27,280 nucleotides of DNA from NCBI GenBank assembly GCA_030167865.1, contig JALAGF010001916.1, forward strand, positions 62,001 through 89,280, read 5' to 3'. Within the stretch, counting starts at the first letter, position 1; each line of letters starts with the position of its first letter. Shown here piece by piece: positions 1 to 9,710 of the stretch. The translations under genes were made by a program, and so were the position numbers. Under the pieces are notes generated by a model. The model was given only the letters and a program-made list of their open reading frames with translations. It was not told where the DNA came from and made no database searches. This stretch comes from Craspedostauros australis. Its lineage: Eukaryota.

Positions 1-2
1 AT

Positions 3-254
3 GCTGCGGACGTTCAGGTCTGTATGAATGCGGCAAGCGACAACATCAAGATCAGCAACAGGAGCAGGAACAGAAACAGCGAAAGCAGTGAAGGCGCTGG
101 CAAGGAATCATCCCAAGCGTCTCTGTTCGATGGCATTGACGACATGGACCAACTGATTATGGAGCGCAGCGGCAAAGGCAACTTCAGAGCTGAGAAGCCA
201 TCCATGGGCAGCAAAACTACAAATCCGATCAGCCCGTCCTCTTTGAGGATGTAA
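3..254 (+). CDS. Possible 3' end of a gene entering from the left (low-complexity S/N/R-rich C-terminus)
   Basis: Frame is open from position 3 to TAA at 252-254 (...SQASLFDGIDDMDQLIMERSGKG...SLRM*). No recognisable domain. Confidence 0.35.
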   Translation, partial: AADVQVCMNAASDNIKISNRSRNRNSESSEGAGKESSQASLFDGIDDMDQLIMERSGKGNFRAEKPSMGSKTTNPISPSSLRM

Positions 255-649
255 TGAGCAAGATCCCACCACAGCACTGCAACGACGCCGTCGCAAATGG
301 AACGAGCGTAATGCACCGTGCTCTCGTGTTGCAGTTGCGACGTATTGCAACAGCATCATCATGAACGAGCTGTCCACTCCCCATGCACGCATCCTGCAAA
401 CACCCACACCAATTGTACCAAATACAAGTATCATCTTCATTGTCCTCGTTTATTATCACCGTCCATCCAACGCATCCGTTTTAACTGCATCGCATCCAAC
501 AAGTAAACGCTATACACCCATTGATATCCTCTCTCTGGAGAAACGATCTCGCCTTCTTTGGAGTATGGTGTGCGTGTGTAGGAATGTCGATTCTTCATGT
601 GGATGAAGTACGAGCACGAGGCATGGTGCCATACCATTCTTTTTCTCGG

Positions 650-715
650 AAGAAACGTAGTGGAAGGTTTGTTTTATGATGTTAACGAGTTTGTTTCCTT
701 CGCGGCTGCCTTCTG
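650..715. repeat. Direct repeat A, copy 1 (copy 2 at 1856-1921)
   Basis: Ungapped manual alignment gives 54/66 identical (aagaaacgtagtggaag...gcggctgccttctg vs aagaaaagtagtggaag...gcggctgctttctg). Confidence 0.9.
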
Positions 716-1500
716 AGGCCGCCTGTGCGGCCAGTGAAGTTGGGCGACTGCCGAGCGTGTTGGTTGTTGGCGTGTGCAATGGTTTGGCACAGAAGATAGT
801 ACGCCACCGGTCCAGTTCGGCCGTCCTTGCCAAGCCCTTCCATTCGATTTGTGATGGATTCGGCAAGCCCAACATCGCAGGAGTTCATGATGAGGTCGTA
901 GGACCAGTACAAGTTCTGGCGAGTCACTTCGGATGAGCAGTAGTTGGCATAGACATGGGATGAGCCGAGGACGGCTTCGAGAGTGACGAATGGGCCTTGC
1001 TCCAGAAGATCGGAAAACACAGGATCACTGGCATTGAATTTGTAGACTCCCTTGCTCACCACCGTTGTATCGACCATCTCAAAGACATCATCCATGGAGT
1101 ACGCCTTGAGGCGCCGTCGGAGACGCGTCGCCAGGTTGCGGAAGGCATAGTTTTTGTCATGGAAGGTCTGGCCTTGAATGTTGGTGGACATGTTGGTGGC
1201 CTTGAACTTGGGCTTCAGGGCTTCCACAGCCATGGCCCGAAAGAATAGTTTGTCCCCTATGGGGAGCTTTGCTCGCTCATCTGCGGTGATAATGATCTGT
1301 GCTCTTTGTAGGTCGGCGTCAGAGATCGGTGTGGCTTGGAAACGCGGCACTGGCTTGGCCGTCATTTTGACGTCGCCTCCGGAGGATGCTGGGTCTGCGA
1401 CGATGCCAGTTTTGGTGTTGCCGTTGTTGGCTGGGCTGCTGAGGCCGGCTGTGTGGTCGGCGAAGTTGCCTGACTGCCGAGTATGTTGGTTGGTCACCAT
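682..1500 (-). pseudogene. Gag N-terminal/capsid-like fragment of a diatom copia (CoDi-type) element, truncated at ~767
   Basis: The stretch RRRLKAYSMDDVF...QNLYWSYDLIMNSCDVGLAESITNRMEGLGKDGRTGPVAYYLLCQTI matches the NLxWS..L.NSC...L...I......GP pattern I recall from diatom copia Gag. There is no Zn knuckle, protease, integrase or RT downstream. Confidence 0.65.
715..766. repeat. Direct repeat B, copy 1 (copy 2 at 1441-1492)
   Basis: Ungapped manual alignment gives 42/52 identical. At protein level, NQHARQSPNFTGRTGGL vs NQHTRQSGNFADHTAGL. Confidence 0.9.
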
Positions 1501-2154
1501 TGCAGCAGTGAAGGCTGGGACAAGGGTGTTGTGAGGGATGGTGTGAGCGGAACGAAGAAACCAAATAACTGTTGGAGCTGGTGTATGGCTGCAGAGTTGT
1601 TGGTGGACAGTGTCTGGTTCAAGCTGTTGTCAAGGGATGAGTCAGGCGAGGGCAGGATCTGTGCACCAGAAAATACCGATCTGGAAGCTGTGTCAATGAG
1701 GGGTTCGAGTGGGAGATCTTCGTCCATGGAGGGTCACTCAGGGAGGACCTTGCGGCTCATGGGAAGTGTGTGATGGCTGTGGCTGCAGGCTACACGGGCA
1801 GAAGAAAGTCGCAAGGTGTTATGATGCGGCTTGTGTGGTTTCCAGGCTCCTTACCAAGAAAAGTAGTGGAAGCAACGTTTCATTATGTTCACGAGTTCGT
1901 TTCCATTGCGGCTGCTTTCTGTCCACGGCTTTCTGCGATGTCGTCGTGGTGATAGCAGGCATGGACGTGGGTTGGATGCAGGCATCACCATGAGTTGAAT
2001 GCAGGCTGTCTTCACGATGCTCCGTGGTCTTGCACTCCGCGATCCATCCGCATTTCGTCCATCCATCTGTTCTTGTTGTGACTGTTGATCGTGTCTCGGA
2101 ATCGTGGGAGCGATTCTTCGCTGTCGGAGAAACACGCTTGGCGAGCTCAAATAT

Positions 2155-2439
2155 CGTTAAGACTGATAGCAATGATCTGAATAAACGCAAAACGTCTTTC
2201 TGTGGTCGCGACAGAATCCGACACGCTTGATAGTCCGTGTTTAGGTTATGTTTCCTTGGTCGTCAGGGGCACATGTTGGCATCGTCACAAAACCCAGCAC
2301 GTTCTGGGGACACGTGACAAACGTCACACATGGTCGTACTTTCGAGGGTTGGTCTGGCTCATTTCCTGGTCTGAGTGGTATCAGCGGTGTAATGACCATA
2401 ATATTAAAATAGGACGACATATTCAATATCTCAGTAACA
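2155..2439 (-). repeat. Putative 5' LTR (~285 bp)
   Basis: The minus strand starts TGTTACTGA (2439) and ends TCAGTCTTAACG (2155), an imperfect TGTTA...TAAC(A/G) inverted terminus upstream of gag. No second copy or target-site duplication was found. Confidence 0.35.
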
Positions 2440-2675
2440 ATTGAATTTTATGTTGTTATATGTTGAATTGCCGCATACAACAATCTTCCCTCTCCCATCA
2501 CCAACAACAACGCCAGCGCCCAAACACAACACCAACACGCCCATCAACAAACCACGACGGATACACGTACAAATACATTCATCACAAAATAATAGAATCT
2601 GACTCCCAATCCTCATCCATCACAAAGCCCACCAACTCCACTCCCTCCCTCATTGATAACGAAAGAGAGGCAACG

Positions 2676-5600
2676 ATGAGGAAGCAAAAGGCCAAGAAGA
2701 AGGGCACGAAGAGCAAGCCACGCAATCGGGCACCATCGGCTTGTCCGGACTCTCCCTCCGACGGCTCCGACAGGAAGCCAGCATGGCCAGGCTGCGGGCT
2801 GCCCACGTGGATGGAACGCGACCTGCGCTGGCTGCCTGCCGACTGCGAAGACTTTGATTGGGATGCGAACGACGCTGAGATATCGCATGCTTCCAAAGAC
2901 CCATCGCGCACGGACGTCTCCATCATCACGTGGAACGTCCTGGCCGATTCGTACTGCACGCGTCGATCCCATCCTGGTCTACCGATGCGTTCTCAGAATC
3001 TCGTCTTCGATCGGCACAGACGACCCGACATGGTGCGAAGGACGCTCAAGTTCCTCCACGAACGGTTGGAGCCGGATATGTTCGCGCTGCAGGAGGTGGA
3101 TGAACCGCTGGAGATTGGGAGTCGCTTGCGATCGCTGGGATATGAAGGCATCGAGTCGCCAACGAATCCGGCGGGCAGAGATGGTCGGGTAGATGCCTGC
3201 TGTCTGTATTACAAGACCGACACCTGGAATCGTGTCGAACATGAGATCATTCGTCTTGATGATCTGGCCTCCATGGAAGCTCGCGCGGAAGGCAGCGATG
3301 GCGACGATGACAACAAAGGCTCCTCTCGACGTGGTTCCGTGGATGGAAACCTGCAAGGTTTGCAGACTTCGTTCCTAAGGCGGAACGTGGCGGTCATGGC
3401 CAGGATGGAGCATAAACAAACAAAAAAGCGGGTCGTTGTGTTGGTGGCACATCTGTTTTGGAACCCGATGTACGAATACGTCAAGGTAAGTTAACGCCGC
3501 TGCCGACCCAACAACTTTGAAGACCGTGCGCTTGCTGGTGTCGTTGTCAATGCCACCGGCCGTCGACAACATTCAATCATCATGCTCGGCTCAAATCGAC
3601 TCCGCCATGTTTCTGTTTACTTATGTTCTTTTCTATCATTTGACGTCATGCTACAACGTTCAACCCACCGCAATGTCCCGAACCATTCAGCTCTGCCAAG
3701 CCCACTACATCTTGACGCGAGCCCAAGCGTTCTGTGGAGACCAAACACCATTGATCGTATGTGGCGACTTCAACTCGAACCCAGGCAGCAACGTGCACAG
3801 GTACATGGTCGAAGGATCGGTCAATGCCAAGATGCTGGCCCCCTGGCACAACGTCGCGGTGCCCAAAGAGGATATCACGACTGTCGACCCGACGGCAACG
3901 CAAGCAGACACGAATGGGTCAGAGGCCGCGTCACTTTCGATGGAAGAAACTATGAACGGATTAAGTATGGCGACCGATTCAAGCGACACAAATGCACACG
4001 GCAACGGCTCTGCCTCTCATTCGAATACCGATAAGGACGTCACAGATGAGATCGTCAAACACGGCTCAAACATCCGATACTTGTTGGACTTCACGCTCAA
4101 TCGACTCTGTCGGTGGTTGCGAATACTTGGGATCGATGCTGCCTTGGAGACGGAGGCCGAAGAAAAGCTCAGGACCAAGCAGCAAAAGATGTACGTACCG
4201 CAGAGCAGCATTGGGTTCGAGTGTTGGTGTGATGGTAGGATACATGGCGTTGGATACATCTGCACCTCCGGCCTTGCACCGTGGCTGGAATGTGACGCAC
4301 CGGGTTTGAAGGATGCAATGCGTTTGCTCACCACGATCTTGTTTCATCGTGTCATTTCTTGTACTCTACCAATACATTATATTGCCAACATTCCCATTCA
4401 TATGTCAATGTCTCTGCCACGTCCTCGTTATTGCAATGGCAATCACAGCGAGATCTTCCGCCGGTGCCACGCTGAGAAACGCACGCTCATAACAACGTCA
4501 TCCCGATTGCTGGCTCGCAAAGATTGCCCACCTGGCACGTACCTGCTAACGACCAAGAGCCTATCGCATTTGGAATTGGCATTCCCGCATATCCTGTCAT
4601 CCCACGGTGTCAAGCTGTTTCCAAGGCAGTTCCTATCTCGCTGCGTGGTATGCAATGGACACATCCGAGGCGTGAGTGATGATCAAGTGCAGGAGATATT
4701 CTCGCAGCACCATGCGCCGATCGATCAAACGTTGGAAAAGCTGGACGTCTTCCAGTGTAGCGGATGCGGCCAAGGTTACTGGTGGTGCGATCAACCGACG
4801 AGTTCGGCATCACGAGTGAAGAACCAGGCGACGAAATTGCTGGAGTATTGCATCCAAGGCAACGTCGAAATCGATGAGGACATGGGGATGTTCGATTACG
4901 TCGATGTTGAAGCACTTCAGAACAGCAACCAAACGGACGATGGCGATGGGCCGTCCAGAATCGCCGGTCCTCCATTGGAAGTCGTGCGTTGGCTGAGACA
5001 GGATGCGCTGGCCAATCCGTTGGGACAGCTGAAAAGCGTGTACATCAAGTCGGACGACCCCACCAAGGAGGTGCTGCAGTTCACCAACCTGACGTCTCGC
5101 TTCGCCGGAGTGCTGGACTACGTGATGTACTTGCCTGGTCAACTGGAACTGCAGGAGCGGCTGTACGTACCCCTCGAGAAGGAGGACTTGAATTGCCAGG
5201 GAATTCACAACGGGCATTTGCTGCCGAGCTTTGTCTGGCCAAGCGATCATCTTGCCTTGGGTGCTCGCTTTTCGTTCGTGAATGACAACGATGGAGAACA
5301 GGGCGACAGCGAAGCGCAAGATGAGAAGAATGATTCGAAGGAGAGCAGCGCCGTCACTATCGAGCCGCAGCTGGACACAGAGAGCAGCGCGATGGTGCAG
5401 ATCTTGAAACAAGCAGTCAAGACCGACGACTTCCTATTTTGTGCCCCTGTTGGTGGTGAAATTACAGTCCCACCACCTGTAACTACGATCCCCAAACTGT
5501 TCAAACAGCCATTGGCGTCTTCTGGGCAGAACAAGGACGACCACGACGACCATCCGGAGACTGAAGATCATGGGGACAAATGTGCCTGCGGCTGCGTCCC

Positions 5601-5694
5601 GGACGTCCTTTCCTTGTTCGAAATGGCAAAACTCCGCAAGGAAGCAAGGGAGCGACGCAAGGCAAGGGCAGAGGGAGCGGCTGGAATTGCGTGA
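2676..5694 (+). CDS. CCR4/nocturnin-family EEP nuclease (deadenylase-like) with an internally inserted Mut7-C RNase (PIN-like + Zn ribbon) domain; exons 2676-3485, 3691-4190, 4449-5694; ~851 aa
   Basis: EEP motifs ITWNVLAD, ALQEVD, AHLFWNP..YVKLCQ (restored by splicing GTAAGT 3486..CAG 3690), CGDFNS, FTN..FAGVLDYVMY and PSDHLAL. Mut7-C motifs YLLDFTLNRLCRWLRILGIDA, EKRTLIT, FLSRCVVCNG and FQCSGCGQGYWW. Intron 2 is GTACGT 4191..CAG 4448. Confidence 0.88.
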
Positions 5695-6409
5695 GGAGGT
5701 GGAAGAGCACCATACTCGTATGGTTAAAGGCATGGAATAGTACTTCGGGGAGTGGCGGTAGCCGATCACAACCACATAACAATAACCGTAGAAGTTACCG
5801 ATGTTTTACTCGTATGTGCCTAGGCAGAACTTGCGGACAGAACTTGTGGACAACGATAGAGTACTTTCTCCCAGAGAGACAGAGGGTGCGTGTATGGGCG
5901 CTGCGCTGCGGGTACGCACGAACTACGCTCTGGATTCTTCTGTCTTGGGGGTAGCCTCTGTCATGTGCGTAGTCGTAGCGAGGAATGACGAACACCAAGA
6001 TCGAAAAAAGACGGATGTCTCCGATCCAAATGACCGCGACCAGACACAAAACCAAACGAAAACCGTGGACAAGACCAACCCACCACGGAAGCCGTCGCCT
6101 TCGTGCCGCGCGCCGTTCAGTCCCTGACACTCCTGTTCCTGGTGTCGCTGTCGACGCCCCACAAAGCCCCCACACATACACAACATCAACTCAACTCGAC
6201 ATCATCGACTCTCCGCCGACCTCCTCGTCTTGGTTGTAATCATCACGTTTACACATTATATAATACTATCGCAATCAGCCGACAACGGCAAACACAATTT
6301 GCGGACCAGGAGATTAAAATTGAGTGATTTTCGCTGGATCTCACAGCTCAACTGTGCAACTGTGCAACACAGCAACACGGGCAACACGGGCAACAAAGCA
6401 AACGGAACG

Positions 6410-7390
6410 ATGCCGCGATTAGGCGGAGCGAATGATGGACTCAACAACGTCAACGGGGACAACAGCGGCAGGGCCATGACTTCAGGATCCGGATCATCAG
6501 GATCCAGATCGACAACGCCGCGACGCAGGACGAGATCAAGGACGAAACGATCGGCCGCATCGCCTTCGCTGTCCTGGTCGTCCTTCTCCGCCTCGTCGCG
6601 CAAGTTGTTCCTCCTCCTGCTCAATCACATGCGCAATTTGATGACGTCCATCACGACGTTTGCAAGACGGCGCATGAAAGGAGGTTCATCCACGCCCAAC
6701 GCGCTGCCCAAATGCAACTCTCGCAACGTCATGTTGGCATTGATGATGCTGTTTGTGTTGCGCAACATCCTCGTGCAGGACTATAGCCAAACGACGCCCG
6801 AGACGATAACCACGCACACCGCCGACGATCTGAGGAAGCGCGGGTACAGCGAAGAGCAGATCGCGCGTCTGCAGGAAGATCCACGACACAAGACGCAACG
6901 GCGAGATCTCGGACCTTCGATGAAGCGCGATGAGATCACGGCGTTGAAACGCGATGTCAATTTTTTGTTGCGGGAAGTCAGCGATCTGCGCCGGCGCACG
7001 GTGAATGGGGAGGAGGGTGGCAACGATCCTCCCAGCACCGATGATATTCAACGCGAGCTGGATATTTTGCATATGCAGAAGCGTCGCAAGCGAGAAGAGA
7101 AGATGGGGTTGCATACCGACTACGCAGATGGTCTGGATTGGCCGGTGTCGGATGGTGATGCGCATGCGCGGGATGCTGGATTCCGGGAAGGTTCCGGAGA
7201 GAGGCATGGTCGGAACCATGAAAGGCTGAAAGCAGCCAGGCATGGACATTTTGAGAAGATTGGTGAGAAGGTGGATGCGAATACAGGCGGGCTTGGAGGT
7301 GTCGACACAAAGCAACAAGGAGGGGAAGCAAGCGCTGGCGGTGGCGGCGAGAGCGTCGAAGAAGATGAAGCAGAAGAAAGGAGGATCTGA
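6410..7390 (+). CDS. Hypothetical single-pass membrane protein with coiled-coil-like segments (326 aa)
   Basis: Long ORF with first ATG at 6410. S/R-rich N-terminus, hydrophobic stretch VMLALMMLFVLRNILV, and heptad-like EITALKRDVNFLLREVSDL. Confidence 0.75.
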   Translation: MPRLGGANDGLNNVNGDNSGRAMTSGSGSSGSRSTTPRRRTRSRTKRSAASPSLSWSSFSASSRKLFLLLLNHMRNLMTSITTFARRRMKGGSSTPNALPKCNSRNVMLALMMLFVLRNILVQDYSQTTPETITTHTADDLRKRGYSEEQIARLQEDPRHKTQRRDLGPSMKRDEITALKRDVNFLLREVSDLRRRTVNGEEGGNDPPSTDDIQRELDILHMQKRRKREEKMGLHTDYADGLDWPVSDGDAHARDAGFREGSGERHGRNHERLKAARHGHFEKIGEKVDANTGGLGGVDTKQQGGEASAGGGGESVEEDEAEERRI

Positions 7391-7937
7391 GAGCAATGAT
7401 TTGGTCAGGCATTGCTCTGCGTGCATGTTAAGTTGAGACTGATGCTAGAGAATACTTGCAGCAAGCAACTCAATGGCTTCGACCAGTTGTCGAATACTCG
7501 TAACGTATGGTAGTCTATGAATGTGCATGGAGAAGAACTGACATGGCAATACGAATGTGGTCAGCTGACATCTGAGCAATGTGGATGGAGCAGTTGCGCA
7601 AGGATGGCGAACTTACCTGGAGGAGGTAAGGGGAGGCATGGGTAGGTACGACAATGTGTGGTATTAGGCATTACTGGGAACTGAAGATCTCCGACCGGCT
7701 TCGTTCGTGTCTCGCCATGGAGCCAAGTCACGAGTGACCGTTTCGTGATGATGGATGGCACTTGGCACTCTTCTCATCGCTCAAAAACCGCCGCGTCACC
7801 ACGATCAGGGACACAATCAACACAACCATCATCGTGATCGACCATGGCCAAGAACGCTGATGTCCCCGTTCAATCGACGTGACACAACACCAAAGGCACA
7901 TTCAAGCAACAAGCAACAAGTACAATAGCAAGCAATC

Positions 7938-8927
7938 ATGGTCAAACGCAACAATCCCAACGCCAGCATCATCAGCAGCAGCATAGTTGGAAGCAGCATG
8001 GACAGTCCGAAGCTCAGCAATCCTCAAACTGCGACTGCGAGCGAGAGCGCTTTGTTCCAGACGATCAGTGACAAGAATGCCGCAGTCAACGCCGCAGTCA
8101 ATGCCAGCATCAGCCCCAACATCAGTCACCACGGCAGCCACCACGGCAGCCACCACAGCAGCAACAATGGAAAGCAAAAGACAACCCAACAGCGACGGCG
8201 CGCCAACATCTTGCAACCCCTCGATGACTTCCTCGCCAAGCTCGTGCGCTTCTTCGCCACGTCGTCCGGCAAGGAACGCACCATGAAACTGGTGCAGTAC
8301 ATGCTGTGGTTCCTCTCGCACTACTACTGCTCAGGCCAGACGCGAACCTCGTTGGAGAATCTCAGCGGTGAGGTGTTGTGGGCGCGGTACGTCCTGCGCT
8401 TCTTCGGGTGGCCGTCCGCCATCCAAGCCGCGCGCACGAATTGCTGGGCGCCCGGCAGGATCGGCAGGCTCCTGGCGTGGTCCATGGTGGCGTACTTCCC
8501 ATTGGAGCATGCGGCCTACCTGCATTGGAAGGCGCCGCAGTTGATGCGGTCGTCGCGGCCGTCGCAGGTGGCCAACACGCTGTCGGCATGGTCGTGCCGA
8601 TTCTGGATGGTGTACATCATGGTGGATACGTATCGCGCGCTGCGATCCTTGCAAGACTTGCAACGAGTGCAGCAGCAACAGCAATTCAATGATGCCTCGT
8701 CTCCTCTCGATTCAAGTCATGACTACGACGACCATGGCACCGCCATTCAGATTCAGAACGAGCGCATCGGCTTGCTGCGCAACTTCCTGTCCTGTGTCCC
8801 AGCCTATCATTGGTCTTTTGATACGGGAGAGTCGGGCGTTTCGAATGTGACCGTCAAAGGAATGATGCTGACGGACGCTGTCGTGGGATTCTATCAAGAG
8901 GTGCGCAACTTCATGAGGAAGCAGTAG
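7938..8927 (+). CDS. PEX11: Peroxisomal membrane protein, PEX11 family
   Basis: LVRFFATSSGKERTMKLVQY (PEX11 N-terminal GR/KD/EK..R/K..QY motif), ARYVLRFFG, AYFPLEHAAYL, LSAWSCRFW, and a C-terminal hydrophobic helix. Confidence 0.85.
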   Translation: MVKRNNPNASIISSSIVGSSMDSPKLSNPQTATASESALFQTISDKNAAVNAAVNASISPNISHHGSHHGSHHSSNNGKQKTTQQRRRANILQPLDDFLAKLVRFFATSSGKERTMKLVQYMLWFLSHYYCSGQTRTSLENLSGEVLWARYVLRFFGWPSAIQAARTNCWAPGRIGRLLAWSMVAYFPLEHAAYLHWKAPQLMRSSRPSQVANTLSAWSCRFWMVYIMVDTYRALRSLQDLQRVQQQQQFNDASSPLDSSHDYDDHGTAIQIQNERIGLLRNFLSCVPAYHWSFDTGESGVSNVTVKGMMLTDAVVGFYQEVRNFMRKQ

Positions 8928-9710
8928 TATCAGTCCAATCGAATCCAATCCAGTGCCATGCAATGTAATGGGAAATCAAGGGTGGTTAGAAGTGGGGAGT
9001 CTGCAAAATCGATGATGGTGGGAGGATCAATCAGCACAAAATAGGACTGCAATCATTGTGCATGTATTATAAAATATTATATCATTTCGCACTGTGTGGC
9101 CTCGGGCGTTCGCAGTAAATGAGCAATCTATAGATCGAATAGAGGATGGTACTTTGGTTTTGACCCAGACAAGTCCTTTGCAGAGAACGTTGCCTTCTAC
9201 TTGTCTCATCGATTTGTTGGAAGTTGACACAGAGTCGCAGAATCCGCATTCTCCAGCACACCTTCGAGTATCGTCGTAATCGCGACAACAGGAAACAGGT
9301 CCATGATTCTGTTCCTCTGACCCAAGGGTGCACGTATTCACACGAAAGATGCACTAGAACTGTAGTTTTATGCGATTGCGCCGCAGCGACTTTCCAACTG
9401 GGAAGATTCCTGGAACCACCACGATGCAGTGAAGATGAATGAATGAATGTCGCCTCCCCTGACTCGCTGGAGTTCCAACTTGTTTTCATTGGCACGGGTG
9501 AAGGCTGTGCCAATTGCGCACATGTACGCTATCATGCGATTAAATTGCATTCTTCGCCCAACACCCTTCTCCTACTCCATGCTTTGATCTGTTCCGTCAT
9601 TGTCGGAAAGCCGTATGCGCGGTGGCAACCTCGGACCGCACGCTGCGATGAATGTGCGTATGGTGGCATTGCAAAGTCTCTCCCTCTCCCCAACTCGCCG
9701 GCCTTGTCCA

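Larger units (their letters stand above)
650..2439 (-). mobile_element. Truncated Ty1/copia (CoDi-like) LTR retrotransposon remnant: putative 5' LTR, leader and partial gag; no pol or 3' LTR in the window
   Basis: Gag-like ORF at 682-1500, frame-broken upstream ORFs (1494-1727, 1819-2190), ~80%-identical internal duplications, and a TGTTA start at 2439 on the minus strand. Confidence 0.6.

Noticed and set aside
2376-2384. TGGTATCAG resembling a tRNA-iMet primer-binding site
   Set aside because: It is on the + strand while gag is on the - strand, is not preceded by an LTR-ending CA, and matches only 9 nt.
3517-3690. N-terminal hydrophobic 'signal peptide' of the 725-aa ORF as a separate gene
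   Set aside because: The region lies within a canonical GT-AG intron (3486-3690). Splicing restores the CCR4-type VKLxQ motif and joins the two ORFs.
9611-9663. Possible stem (ccgtatgcgc / gtgcgtatgg) downstream of the HMG-box gene
   Set aside because: It needs three G-U pairs, forms only on the strand antisense to the nearby gene, and matches no RNA family I recognise.
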